A stretch of 64,000 nt of DNA from NCBI GenBank assembly GCA_017544165.1, contig JAFYER010000012.1, forward strand, positions 67,401 to 131,400. Direction: 5' to 3'. Source of the stretch: Bacilli bacterium (lineage in GTDB: Bacteria > Bacillota_I > Bacilli_A > RF39 > UBA660). Both the position numbers and the translations under genes were made by a program. Under the pieces are notes generated by a model. The model saw nothing but the letters and a program-made list of their open reading frames with translations. It had not been told where the DNA came from and did not search any database. This document shows positions 8,978 to 18,308 of this stretch, in pieces (position 1 is the first letter of the stretch; every line of letters begins with the position of its first letter).

Positions 8978-11398
8978 TTATTCTTGACGAAGTTCTGCTC
9001 CACATTTTTTATTTAAGGTATTAAGTACTTCATCCATTTTTTCACTGATTTGCTCAGCATTCATTGAAACATCTTCGTTGATAAATCTTACCTTTAAAGT
9101 AAGTGATTTTTTACCATTAGGTATTTTATCTCCATAATACTCATCGACAAATTCAACTTCATAAGCCAAATTCTTAATTGCTTTATAAATATCATCCCAT
9201 TTGACTGATTCATCAATGATAATGGATAAATCTTTTTCAATAAGAGGAAGTTCTGGAAGTTTTTTATATTTATTAGTCCTTGAGGCAAACGGTTCAAGCA
9301 TGCTTGCATCAAGTTCAAAAATTGCAACATTTGTTCTTTTTATTTTCGTTTCACTCATTACCTTTGTAGAAAGCAGTCCCAAACTACCGATAATTTCATT
9401 ACCTTTGATGATATTTAAATAAGCATTAATATCAGCCCAACTTGGTTTTTCTTTTTGCTCTAAACGAATATTTTCCATGTGGGTATATCTACTCATTTCT
9501 TCGATTACACCCTTTAGTTCATAGAATATACTTTTAGCATCTTTACCCGTTATTGAGGCTACTAAGCTTTTAGTTTGAATAGGAAGAATCTCATCTTCAC
9601 TCGAAGGGCTATACTTTCCTTTTGAATATACTTCATCATATTCAAACATCTTAAAGCTATCATAATAACGTAAATTTTTTGAAATGGCTTCGATCATACC
9701 AGGAATTAATGATGATTTTAAATATTTAAGTTCAGGTGCTGGTGGTGTTGCAAGTGTGATTGATTTTTCCTTATCTATACCTGCTGCATCAATGTATTTT
9801 TCATCAATCCATGGATAAGTAAATATTTCATAAAATCCACATCGATAAGCTAAATATTCTTTTATTCTTCTTTCTAAAAGAATATCATTTTGTTTTATCG
9901 AAGAAGTAAAGCTAATTGTAATAGGACTTTTTTCAAAACTATCAAAGCTTAGTATTCTTGCAATATCACCCATTACATCATCTTTCATTGTTACATCACC
10001 GGTTGAGCGATATGTTGGAACTAGTACTTTGTATGTTCCTTTTTCTAATTTTACTTCATAACCTAAAGATGTTAGAATTCTATTAATAACTTTTGAATCT
10101 ATCTTTTTACCAAGTCTTTCTGTAAGCCAATTTTCCGATACCTCAATTTCATTTCTTATAGTTTCATGAGGATAAACATCGTTATATTTGATAATTTTAC
10201 TATCTGGGAATATTTCCTTTATCAAAGATAGAGCTAAATTAATACCATCGTCTACTCTTTGCGTATCAAGAGCTTTTTCATAACGATTTGCTGAATCAGT
10301 CTTCTCTACAAAACGTTTATCGGTCTTACGAATTGTTCCCGCATCAAAATTAGCTACCTCTAAAAGGATACCAGTTGTATCAGGTAATATTGAGTCATCT
10401 TTACCACCTTTGATACCGGCTAAACACATTGGATTTTTTTCATTACATATAACCAAATCATCGCTAGTTAAACTAATAGTATTATCATCAAGTAAAAGAA
10501 GTTTTTCGCCCTCTTTGGCATTTCTAACTATTATTTTTTCGCCTAAAACATGTGTTTTATCAAAAGCATGAAGTGGTTGACCAGTTGTTATCATGACGTA
10601 ATTTGTTATATCAACAATCGCATTAATTGGACGCATCCCACATTTAACTAAATATGATTGCATCCACATTGGTGATGGTTTTTCTTCAATACCATCAATT
10701 TCTGCGGCAAAATATCTTTTACATTTATCTTCATCTTTGATTGTTACATCATATTTTGGCAAATTTTTATCTAATTCATATTTTTCTAATGGTTTTAAAT
10801 CTATATCAAATATAGTTGCTATTTCTCTAGCAATACCATAGTGGCCCCATAAATCCGGACGATTAGAAAGTGATTTATTATCAATTTCTAAAATAGTATC
10901 ATTTAAATCCATTATATCTGAAATTAAATCACCTGGTTTGCAATCTATGCCTTTTAAATCGACAATTTCAGTTTCGCTTGAAGTTGGGAAAAAGTTTTCT
11001 AAAAACACTTCAGAAGATGCGCAAATCATGCCAAAAGAATCTTCACCACGCATTTTTGTTTCTTTTATTTTTACAGGCTCACCTTCGCCATGCCATATCA
11101 CTTCCGCACCTGGAAGTGCCACAACAACTAGTTCATCTTCATAAAGATTTGAACCACCGCAGACAATTTGAATTTCTTTATCGCCAACATCAACTTTACA
11201 AATTCTTAGTTTATCAGCATTAGGATGAGCTTTTAATTCAACAATTTTTCCAACAACAATATCATGAAGTTTTTCACCTAGATTTTCCACATTTTCAACT
11301 TCGACAGTTCGTAAAGTTAAATCATAAGCAATCTTTTTTTCATCGACATTTTTAGGTAAATCAATATATTTTTTTATTAAATTTAATGAAACTCTCAT
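8978..11398 (-). CDS. pheT: Phenylalanine--tRNA ligase beta subunit
   Basis: 806 aa. N-terminal tRNA-binding domain (HPNADKLRICKVDVG), B3/4 and B5 regions, and C-terminal anticodon-binding-like domain. Lies immediately downstream of pheS. Confidence 0.95.
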   Translation of the reverse strand: MRVSLNLIKKYIDLPKNVDEKKIAYDLTLRTVEVENVENLGEKLHDIVVGKIVELKAHPNADKLRICKVDVGDKEIQIVCGGSNLYEDELVVVALPGAEVIWHGEGEPVKIKETKMRGEDSFGMICASSEVFLENFFPTSSETEIVDLKGIDCKPGDLISDIMDLNDTILEIDNKSLSNRPDLWGHYGIAREIATIFDIDLKPLEKYELDKNLPKYDVTIKDEDKCKRYFAAEIDGIEEKPSPMWMQSYLVKCGMRPINAIVDITNYVMITTGQPLHAFDKTHVLGEKIIVRNAKEGEKLLLLDDNTISLTSDDLVICNEKNPMCLAGIKGGKDDSILPDTTGILLEVANFDAGTIRKTDKRFVEKTDSANRYEKALDTQRVDDGINLALSLIKEIFPDSKIIKYNDVYPHETIRNEIEVSENWLTERLGKKIDSKVINRILTSLGYEVKLEKGTYKVLVPTYRSTGDVTMKDDVMGDIARILSFDSFEKSPITISFTSSIKQNDILLERRIKEYLAYRCGFYEIFTYPWIDEKYIDAAGIDKEKSITLATPPAPELKYLKSSLIPGMIEAISKNLRYYDSFKMFEYDEVYSKGKYSPSSEDEILPIQTKSLVASITGKDAKSIFYELKGVIEEMSRYTHMENIRLEQKEKPSWADINAYLNIIKGNEIIGSLGLLSTKVMSETKIKRTNVAIFELDASMLEPFASRTNKYKKLPELPLIEKDLSIIIDESVKWDDIYKAIKNLAYEVEFVDEYYGDKIPNGKKSLTLKVRFINEDVSMNAEQISEKMDEVLNTLNKKCGAELRQE

Positions 11399-11408
11399 AT
11401 TACCCTCC

Positions 11409-12446
11409 CTACTTATATTCCTTTAAAAATCTTAAGTCAGCGCTGTGGAATAATCTTACATCATCGACACCATAGCGCATCATGACAAGTCTATCTAAGC
11501 CAATATTGATATAAAAGCCAGTCCACTCTTCAGGATCTAGATTAGCGGACCTTAAAACATTTGGATGAATTACACCACCTGGCATAACCTCTATCCAGCC
11601 ATTATGATTACATACTTTGCAGCCTTTACCACCGCATACTAAACATTCCATATCAATTTCATAACCGGGCTCCGTAAATGGGAAGAATCCTTCACGCATT
11701 CTTGTATTAATCTTTCTACCAAATACTTTCTCCAAGATAGTTTGAATCATAACCATTCCTGATGAAAAAGAAATATTCTTATCGACAATTAAAGCTTCAT
11801 ATTGATAAAAAGCTCTTTCGTGTCTTGCATCAGTTGTTTCATTTCTAAATACAGCTCCTGGATAAACAAAACGCGCTGGAGCACCATGTTTTAATAAGTA
11901 TCTTACTGAACCGCCAGTTAAATGAGGTCTTAAACAAAGTCTTTCGGCACCTTCCTTATCTTCAGTTCCCTCAAGCCAGTACGTATCCATTGATTGCCTT
12001 GCAGGATGATCTTTAGCAAAATTTAGATTATCAAATGCATATTTTTCACTACTGATATCATCTTCACTATAAACTTCAAATCCTAAAGATAAAAAAGCAT
12101 CGTTTAAATCATATTTCATTTGCGTAATTGGATGAAGGGCTCCTTCACTAACCTTTTTTCCAGGCAAACTTAAATCTATTGGCCTATCTAATACACTTTT
12201 TTGGTCAATTAACTCTTTTGCTTTTTCATCTAGTTTTTCTGCAAAAACATTTTTAATCTCTGTCGTAAGAATACCGACGTTTTTTCTCTCATCATTTGAA
12301 AGATTACGCATATTTTGCATAACTTCAGAAAGTTTACTTTTCTTACCAATTAAATCTTTGCGAACAACTTCTAGTTCCTCTAAATCTTTGGTATTAGCTA
12401 TTTTTTCTATGCCTTCTTCTTTAACTTGTTTTAATGATTCTTCCAT
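11409..12446 (-). CDS. pheS: Phenylalanine--tRNA ligase alpha subunit
   Basis: 345 aa with class II aaRS motifs (HPARQSMDTYW, FRNETTDARHERAFYQYE, GLDRLVMM). Confidence 0.95.
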   Translation of the reverse strand: MEESLKQVKEEGIEKIANTKDLEELEVVRKDLIGKKSKLSEVMQNMRNLSNDERKNVGILTTEIKNVFAEKLDEKAKELIDQKSVLDRPIDLSLPGKKVSEGALHPITQMKYDLNDAFLSLGFEVYSEDDISSEKYAFDNLNFAKDHPARQSMDTYWLEGTEDKEGAERLCLRPHLTGGSVRYLLKHGAPARFVYPGAVFRNETTDARHERAFYQYEALIVDKNISFSSGMVMIQTILEKVFGRKINTRMREGFFPFTEPGYEIDMECLVCGGKGCKVCNHNGWIEVMPGGVIHPNVLRSANLDPEEWTGFYINIGLDRLVMMRYGVDDVRLFHSADLRFLKEYK

Positions 12447-12690
12447 ATTCTTCTTCCTTTCTAAAAAAAACGAGTAATCTAATCCTTAAAAGGACGAAAT
12501 TACTCGTGGTACCACCTTTTTTTATAGCATACGCTATCTTTAAGCAATTAACGCTTGCTACTCGTTTTGACTCCGTTATGTGAATTTTTTTAGTTAGCCT
12601 TATCTATTACAATTTTCAGTCGCTGATTGTAATTCCCTTTTTAAGAAGTGCTACTAAATACTTGGAATAACATCTCCATCAAATTACAGC
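12447..12690 (-). promoter_or_regulatory. T-box leader (tRNA-sensing riboswitch) of pheST with terminator/antiterminator
   Basis: Minus strand carries the T-box sequence AAAGGTGGTACCACGAG (plus 12503-12519). It overlaps the 5' arm of a terminator (stem 12499-12506 / 12471-12478) followed by U8 (plus-strand A-run 12463-12470). UUC (Phe) triplets occur at 12647-12645 and 12584-12582 (UUCA). Which one is the specifier was not resolved without folding. Confidence 0.85.
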
Positions 12691-12693
12691 TTT

Positions 12694-12722
12694 ATTATAT
12701 AATTATTGCCTATCTTTGTCAA
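12694..12722 (-). promoter_or_regulatory. Consensus sigma-A promoter of the pheST leader
   Basis: Minus strand reads TTGACA (plus 12717-12722), a 17-nt spacer, then TATAAT (plus 12694-12699). It overlaps the stop of the upstream TPR gene. Confidence 0.75.
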
Positions 12723-14611
12723 ACACTCTTAGGAGCTAAACTTAAAGAAAGAGGAACTTCTAAATACTCTTTTTGTTTTTGACAAAAATCTCTATTTTTT
12801 TGAATTGTACTTAATAATCTTTCAATATTTGTACTCTTTATTTTCAAATCATAAACTGATTGAAAAAATTCATCGCCCTTTTCAATATCACCAGAAGCAT
12901 AAAAACACTTGGCATAGATTAATTTAATTAAACTTCGAGTTTCGGGAAGCATTCCCATTTTGCTACATGCTGTATCGACATCTTCGCCAGAGGCCATAAT
13001 CTCTTTGTTTATTTTATTAAAATCTTTTATACCAAAGAATTTGTTATCTATTCTTTCTTCATCGTTTCCATTAACTTTTTCCCGTAAATGGCCAATTAAT
13101 CCTAAATAATCATTTTGACTATTTTCTTTTTTAGCTAAGTAATCTGCTACGACTAGATAATCTATAGCCCTGCTTAAATCACCCATTTTATAATATGCTA
13201 AACCTAAAAGTGAATAAACATAATATCTTGGCTCATACATTATATGGATAAGAACTAAGGCATCTTTAATACACATCTCATAATCACAAGTATTGTAAGC
13301 TGTTTTAGCCTCATTTAAGATATTTCTTGTTTCATAACCACTTCGATTCATTACCGGTCTATAACGTAAAGCTATTCTTTTTTGGCCATTATCTTCGATA
13401 ACAAATGGCATAATATCGATATATCGTTCAAATATATTCATTAATAATTTTGTTGTTTCATCATTATAATTCTCAAGGAGCATTATTCCTTGCATTTTTA
13501 TTAATCTTTGGTGAATCTCTTCGGCAAATTGTTGTTCTTCAGGAATCACTATAGTTTCCTCTAAACTCTCATTTTCCTCAACAAGAGGCTTTTCTTTTTC
13601 TCTAATTTCAGTTATCTTTTCGCAAACAGCGTTTAAAGCTAAAAACATTGGGTTTTCTAAGTGGTTAATTTTTTTTCGTAAATCATATGCCTTACACATC
13701 AAAAGAGCGCCAAAGTAATCTTCATGTTCAATAGCTTCAAATATCGAATTTGGTTCAGTTAAATTTGGCATAGGAATTGCTCTAGTCTTTTTGATAAACT
13801 CCAAATCATTAAGAACAATAATAAGATGTCTTTCACTATGAGAAATTGTACCTAATTTTTCCTTTTCTTGCAAAAGTTCTATTGCCTCAGCATATTTTTT
13901 ATCTCTTAACAAGCTAGCAAGATTTGCCCGCTCATTAATAACATTTTTTACTCTTTTATCATTTAATAAACGAGCCCTTTTATATAACTCTTTAGTCACA
14001 AATATTTGAAAAGGAATAGTTTTACTATCCTTAAATACAATATTAAGTTCTCCTTCAGCTATACCAAACTTTTTTAAAAAAGCTTGTTTTCTTGACTCAT
14101 TATAATCCCTTTGTTCACTATTTTCGGGAATCTCAATATTTTTTAATGTCATGTTTCTAACAAGCACCTTATATTCATAAGGTAATTCAATAATTGAACT
14201 AATTAAATATAAATAATAGTTATAATCATAACCACGATTAATAGCATCAATAGTCATTAATTTGTTATATAAACTAAGAGCAATATCATACTTTTGGGTA
14301 AATAAACAAAATAAAAAATAATTGAAAACAATCGAAGAATTCTTTTGGTTAGTTTCATATGCTTTTCTAAAATATTGCTCAGCAAGTTGTAAATCATTAT
14401 TAAAAGTAAGTTCAATTCCTTTGGCAGCTAATACTTCCGCATTATAAAAAATAAAGTGACCTGGCTTAATGCGATGTAAATATCCTTCCTCCACAAAAGT
14501 GCGGATATTTTTGGCATTAAAACCTTCTTCTTTTAACTTTTTTGTAATAAGTGGTCTTTCATTAACAACCATCGTCAATAATTTGTTTAATTTTTCTGTA
14601 TTCATCATCAA
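12719..14611 (-). CDS. Winged-helix (AbiEi-like N-terminus) plus TPR-repeat protein, function unknown
   Basis: N-terminal ERPLITKKLKEEGFNAKNIRTFVEEGYLHRIKPGHFIF resembles AbiEi_4-type wHTH domains. Multiple TPR-like A/Y-rich helical repeats follow (e.g. YSLLGLAYYKMGDLSRAIDYL, AKCFYASGDIEKGDEFF). Confidence 0.55.
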   Translation of the reverse strand: MMMNTEKLNKLLTMVVNERPLITKKLKEEGFNAKNIRTFVEEGYLHRIKPGHFIFYNAEVLAAKGIELTFNNDLQLAEQYFRKAYETNQKNSSIVFNYFLFCLFTQKYDIALSLYNKLMTIDAINRGYDYNYYLYLISSIIELPYEYKVLVRNMTLKNIEIPENSEQRDYNESRKQAFLKKFGIAEGELNIVFKDSKTIPFQIFVTKELYKRARLLNDKRVKNVINERANLASLLRDKKYAEAIELLQEKEKLGTISHSERHLIIVLNDLEFIKKTRAIPMPNLTEPNSIFEAIEHEDYFGALLMCKAYDLRKKINHLENPMFLALNAVCEKITEIREKEKPLVEENESLEETIVIPEEQQFAEEIHQRLIKMQGIMLLENYNDETTKLLMNIFERYIDIMPFVIEDNGQKRIALRYRPVMNRSGYETRNILNEAKTAYNTCDYEMCIKDALVLIHIMYEPRYYVYSLLGLAYYKMGDLSRAIDYLVVADYLAKKENSQNDYLGLIGHLREKVNGNDEERIDNKFFGIKDFNKINKEIMASGEDVDTACSKMGMLPETRSLIKLIYAKCFYASGDIEKGDEFFQSVYDLKIKSTNIERLLSTIQKNRDFCQKQKEYLEVPLSLSLAPKSV

Positions 14612-14661
14612 TTTCCTTGCAAATATTCTAAGTTAGTTTTAATGGTATGTCAATAAATTTA

Positions 14662-15498
14662 TTAACTAAGATGGGTTTTAGTTACTTTGACATTTGCTAT
14701 ATTTTTAGTTCGTTGATAACCAATAATCATTAAAATACCTGCGGCAATTTCTATAAAGGCTATCAGGATAAAACTATTTATGTTAATGCTATTAACAACC
14801 CCTGTTATGTCACTATTTGTCTCGATAAGTTTAATTCTAGCTTCATGACATAAGGCAAATATACCCGAAAACAAAAGACCACTTATTATTAAATCAACTC
14901 CTGTTATAACAAGCCACTTATAAAATGACCAATTGACTAGAGTAATTAGTACGAGTACCACTACTATTGCTAAAAATAAAATTGTCTTAATTCCCGTTGA
15001 GATTACCATTTCATACATAGTTATTACCTTACTAAAACTTTCCCGATCAGCTCCTTCATAAATACCATCGAAAAGCTCTTTTACCATATCGTTAGCATCA
15101 TTATAGTTTAATAACTCTCTTATTTTTTCTTCGGAATAATCAGTTTCCTCTAAAGCGTTTAGTTCTTCTCGATATCTTAAAACATAATTTAAAGCAAGTT
15201 CATAATCATCTTTTGATAAACTATAATCTTTATTTGTAAAATATTCTTTAAAATTAACCACAGCTCTTTTTAAAATTTTATCAAAATCGTTATCCTTGAT
15301 AATCTTTGTTACCAACTTTGTTTCATCTTCATTTAAATCGCTTTGGCTAATACCTTGAACAAGCATTTCTTTAAAAGTAGGAATCAAAAAATCATTTTCA
15401 ACAAAGCTCTTTGCCTTAAATGATATCGATAAAGCGACTATCAAAATCAGCAAAATAAATCCTAAAATAAAATTTAATGGTCCTCTTAATAATTTCAT
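14662..15498 (-). CDS. Membrane protein, function unknown
   Basis: N-terminal TM segment, a roughly 140-aa acidic soluble region, then 3 C-terminal TM segments. No motif recognised. Confidence 0.55.
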   Translation of the reverse strand: MKLLRGPLNFILGFILLILIVALSISFKAKSFVENDFLIPTFKEMLVQGISQSDLNEDETKLVTKIIKDNDFDKILKRAVVNFKEYFTNKDYSLSKDDYELALNYVLRYREELNALEETDYSEEKIRELLNYNDANDMVKELFDGIYEGADRESFSKVITMYEMVISTGIKTILFLAIVVVLVLITLVNWSFYKWLVITGVDLIISGLLFSGIFALCHEARIKLIETNSDITGVVNSININSFILIAFIEIAAGILMIIGYQRTKNIANVKVTKTHLS

Positions 15499-15643
15499 TA
15501 TAATACCTACTTTCTTTTTAACAAGTTTCCCCTTTAAAGGGGGGTTCTTCTTAATTATAACATTAATTAATTTAAAAAATAAGAATTATATTAAAAATTT
15601 TTTCGAATTATAATTGAAATATGTTTTTTTGGAGGTGAATTAT

Positions 15644-17239
15644 ATGACAAAATATGTATTTGTCACCGGAGGTGTTGTTTCAGGTCTTGGGAAAGGAATT
15701 ACAGCTTCCTCGATTGCTCTTTTATTAAAAAGTCGAGGATATAAAGTGTTTATGCAAAAGTTTGATCCTTATATTAATATAGATCCAGGAACAATGAACC
15801 CTATTCAACACGGTGAAGTATTTGTAACATATGATGGCTGTGAAACTGACCTTGATTTAGGCCATTATGAAAGATTTATTGATGAGGAGCTAAACTATAC
15901 TTCAAATATCACAAGTGGAAAGATATATAAATCCGTTATCGATAAAGAAAGACATGGTGATTATTTAGGTGCTACTGTCCAAGTTGTTCCCCATGTTACA
16001 AACGAGATAAAAAATAAAGTATATGAGGCCGCTAACAGCAGTGGTGCGGATATTGTTATAACCGAAATTGGTGGTACGGTCGGTGATATTGAATCTCAAT
16101 GTTTTCTCGAAGCAGTTAGACAAATTCAATATGAAAAAGGCCAAAATGATACTTTCTTTGTTCATTGCACATTAATACCTTATATATATGGCTCTAACGA
16201 ACTAAAAACAAAACCCACTCAAAATAGTGTTAGAGATTTAAGAAATCTCGGCATTAGACCGGATGCTCTTGTCTGTAGAGCTCCATTTAACACAAGCCAA
16301 AGTATGAAAGAAAAACTATCGATGTTTTGTAATGTGCCTGTTGAGAATATTATTGATTCAGTTGATGTTACTAACATTTATGATATACCAATTAATTACT
16401 ATAATCAAAAAATAGATGAAATAATTTTAAAACAATTTGGTCTAGAAGTAAGAAAAGCAAACATTGAGTATTGGGAAAAGCTAATTAAAACAGTCAACAA
16501 TCTAAAAAATGAAATTGAAATAAGCCTAGTAGGTAAATATACAGAATTGCATGATGCCTATCTTTCTGTTGTCGAGTCACTACATCATGCTGGTTATAAA
16601 CATAATGTCAAAGTAAATATTAATTGGGTCGATTCCGAAAAACTTGAAAATGAAGACAACCTAAAAGAAGACTTTAAAAATTCTAAAGGTATCATTGTCC
16701 CAGGCGGTTTTGGTTCTCGAGGTATCGAAGGTATGATAAAAGCAATAACCTATGCAAGAGAAAATAATATTCCCTTTTTAGGTTTATGTTTAGGAATGCA
16801 ACTATCTGTTATCGAATTTGCTAGAAATGTATGTGGTATCGATGATGCAAACTCAACTGAATTTAATCCTTTATGCGAAAATCCGATAATTGATTTAATG
16901 AGTGATCAAAAAAGCATCGTCAACATGGGAGGTACTCTTAGATTAGGTAATTATGAATGTACCCTAAAAAAAGATACCCTTGCCTATGCTGATTATAAAA
17001 AAGAAAAAATATTGGAAAGACATCGTCATCGCTATGAATTTAACAATAAATATCTAGAACAATTAGAAAAACAAGGCATGGTCTTTTCCGGTAAAAATGA
17101 ACAAGCAAACCTAATTGAAATAATAGAAATACCAAAGCATAAACACTTTATAGCTTGTCAATTTCACCCTGAATTTAAATCAAGGCCCACTAAACCACAC
17201 CCCCTTTTTGATTCATTTATTAAAGCTAGTAAAGAATAA
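15644..17239 (+). CDS. pyrG: CTP synthase
   Basis: MTKYVFVTGGVVSGLGKGI N-terminus and glutamine amidotransferase motifs GLCLGMQ and HRHRYE. Start set at ATG 15644, 6 nt after the GGAGGTG SD. Confidence 0.95.
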   Translation: MTKYVFVTGGVVSGLGKGITASSIALLLKSRGYKVFMQKFDPYINIDPGTMNPIQHGEVFVTYDGCETDLDLGHYERFIDEELNYTSNITSGKIYKSVIDKERHGDYLGATVQVVPHVTNEIKNKVYEAANSSGADIVITEIGGTVGDIESQCFLEAVRQIQYEKGQNDTFFVHCTLIPYIYGSNELKTKPTQNSVRDLRNLGIRPDALVCRAPFNTSQSMKEKLSMFCNVPVENIIDSVDVTNIYDIPINYYNQKIDEIILKQFGLEVRKANIEYWEKLIKTVNNLKNEIEISLVGKYTELHDAYLSVVESLHHAGYKHNVKVNINWVDSEKLENEDNLKEDFKNSKGIIVPGGFGSRGIEGMIKAITYARENNIPFLGLCLGMQLSVIEFARNVCGIDDANSTEFNPLCENPIIDLMSDQKSIVNMGGTLRLGNYECTLKKDTLAYADYKKEKILERHRHRYEFNNKYLEQLEKQGMVFSGKNEQANLIEIIEIPKHKHFIACQFHPEFKSRPTKPHPLFDSFIKASKE

Positions 17240-17250
17240 TATATTAAACG

Positions 17251-18135
17251 TCAATTATGGCGTTTTTTTATGTCCATTAAAAGTAATTTTAAAAAATCTT
17301 CATTATCCATTTCATTAATTGCAAAACATTTCTTTCCTAAATCTTTGAAACTTGCTCCAGATGAATATAGCTTTTTCTTATCAACTATGATAAATCTATC
17401 ATGAAATGAATCATTATTTATAAATGTTACATTATTATACTGACTTTCATATTTTTTCTTTAAAACATCATCGATATTTTTAGATACTATAGTTATCTTT
17501 TTATCAACATTCTTTAATATATCTAATAATTCTTTTCCTGCATAATTATCAATAATAATTATTTCTTTTTTGGCCTTCTTTAATATTGTCATTACTACTG
17601 AATATGCATCATATAATTCTCCCTCGAAAAAAAGATAATTTTTGGCTATATCTTTGGGATTAAATTTATCAAATAGTTCATCAATTCTTTTGGTATTATT
17701 ATCTACTTTATCCTCGAGTAGTAAGAATCTATTAGGTAGTAATTGATTACTATAATTTATATAATGTCTCATTTTTACAAAGGCATCCATTATTTGAATG
17801 CTTGTATTAATGGCTTCTTTTGATTTCAAAATTGTCGCAAGCATTGCTACACCTTGTTCTGTAAAAACTCTTATATCATATCGTCGTCCACCGTTGCCAT
17901 TTTTAATTGTGAGGTCGCATTTTGCGACCTCAAGATTTTTAAAATCATTTTGGTTAATTAACCAACTAAACCTTTCTGGAAATTTTCTAATATTTCTTTT
18001 TACTGCTTCATTTATTCTTTTTGTTTCTACATGATATAATTCTGCCAAGTCATAATCAAACATTACCTCCACTCCATTGATTTCATAAATCATATTTTTA
18101 ATATTTAAAACTTCTTTTTCTATTATTTCATTCAT
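17251..18135 (-). CDS. ORF6N/KilA-N-like DNA-binding domain fused to a PLD-like (HxK-type) C-terminal domain
   Basis: The N-terminus (LAELYHVETKRINEAVKRNIRKFPERF...FTEQGVAMLATILKS) is typical of ORF6N-family domains. The C-terminus (HDRFIIVDKKKLYSSGASFKDLGKK) resembles the phospholipase-D/nuclease-superfamily signature. Confidence 0.6.
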   Translation of the reverse strand: MNEIIEKEVLNIKNMIYEINGVEVMFDYDLAELYHVETKRINEAVKRNIRKFPERFSWLINQNDFKNLEVAKCDLTIKNGNGGRRYDIRVFTEQGVAMLATILKSKEAINTSIQIMDAFVKMRHYINYSNQLLPNRFLLLEDKVDNNTKRIDELFDKFNPKDIAKNYLFFEGELYDAYSVVMTILKKAKKEIIIIDNYAGKELLDILKNVDKKITIVSKNIDDVLKKKYESQYNNVTFINNDSFHDRFIIVDKKKLYSSGASFKDLGKKCFAINEMDNEDFLKLLLMDIKKRHN

Positions 18136-18271
18136 TTTCTTAAACCTCCTAAAAAAAGAAAGATACCTTGTTAAAAGTATCTTTCCGCATCATGTATATC
18201 TTATTTTGCCTCTAAGGATATACGCTATCGTCATAAATTGTCATATAAATATCAGGCAAACTATTTAATAT
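18136..18271 (-). promoter_or_regulatory. Candidate attenuator leader of the ORF6N gene, ending in an intrinsic terminator (18151..18186) directly 5' of the SD
   Basis: On the minus strand, gaaagatac-N10-gtatctttc plus U7 is immediately followed by AGGAGG (plus 18145-18150) and ATG 18135. There is no room for a promoter between the terminator and the SD. Confidence 0.5.
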
Positions 18272-18277
18272 AAACTC

Positions 18278-18306
18278 ATTATAGATAATAAGACTTTTAA
18301 AGTCAA
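18278..18306 (-). promoter_or_regulatory. Near-consensus sigma-A promoter upstream of the leader
   Basis: Minus strand reads TTGACT (plus 18301-18306), a 17-nt spacer, then TATAAT (plus 18278-18283). Confidence 0.6.
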
Positions 18307-18308
18307 TG

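Noticed and set aside
15499-15643. B. subtilis-type pyrG reiterative-transcription attenuator (GGGC start plus terminator)
   Set aside because: No GGGC initiation motif sits downstream of any plausible -10 element ahead of the hairpin. Only the hairpin itself is reported, as a low-interest finding.
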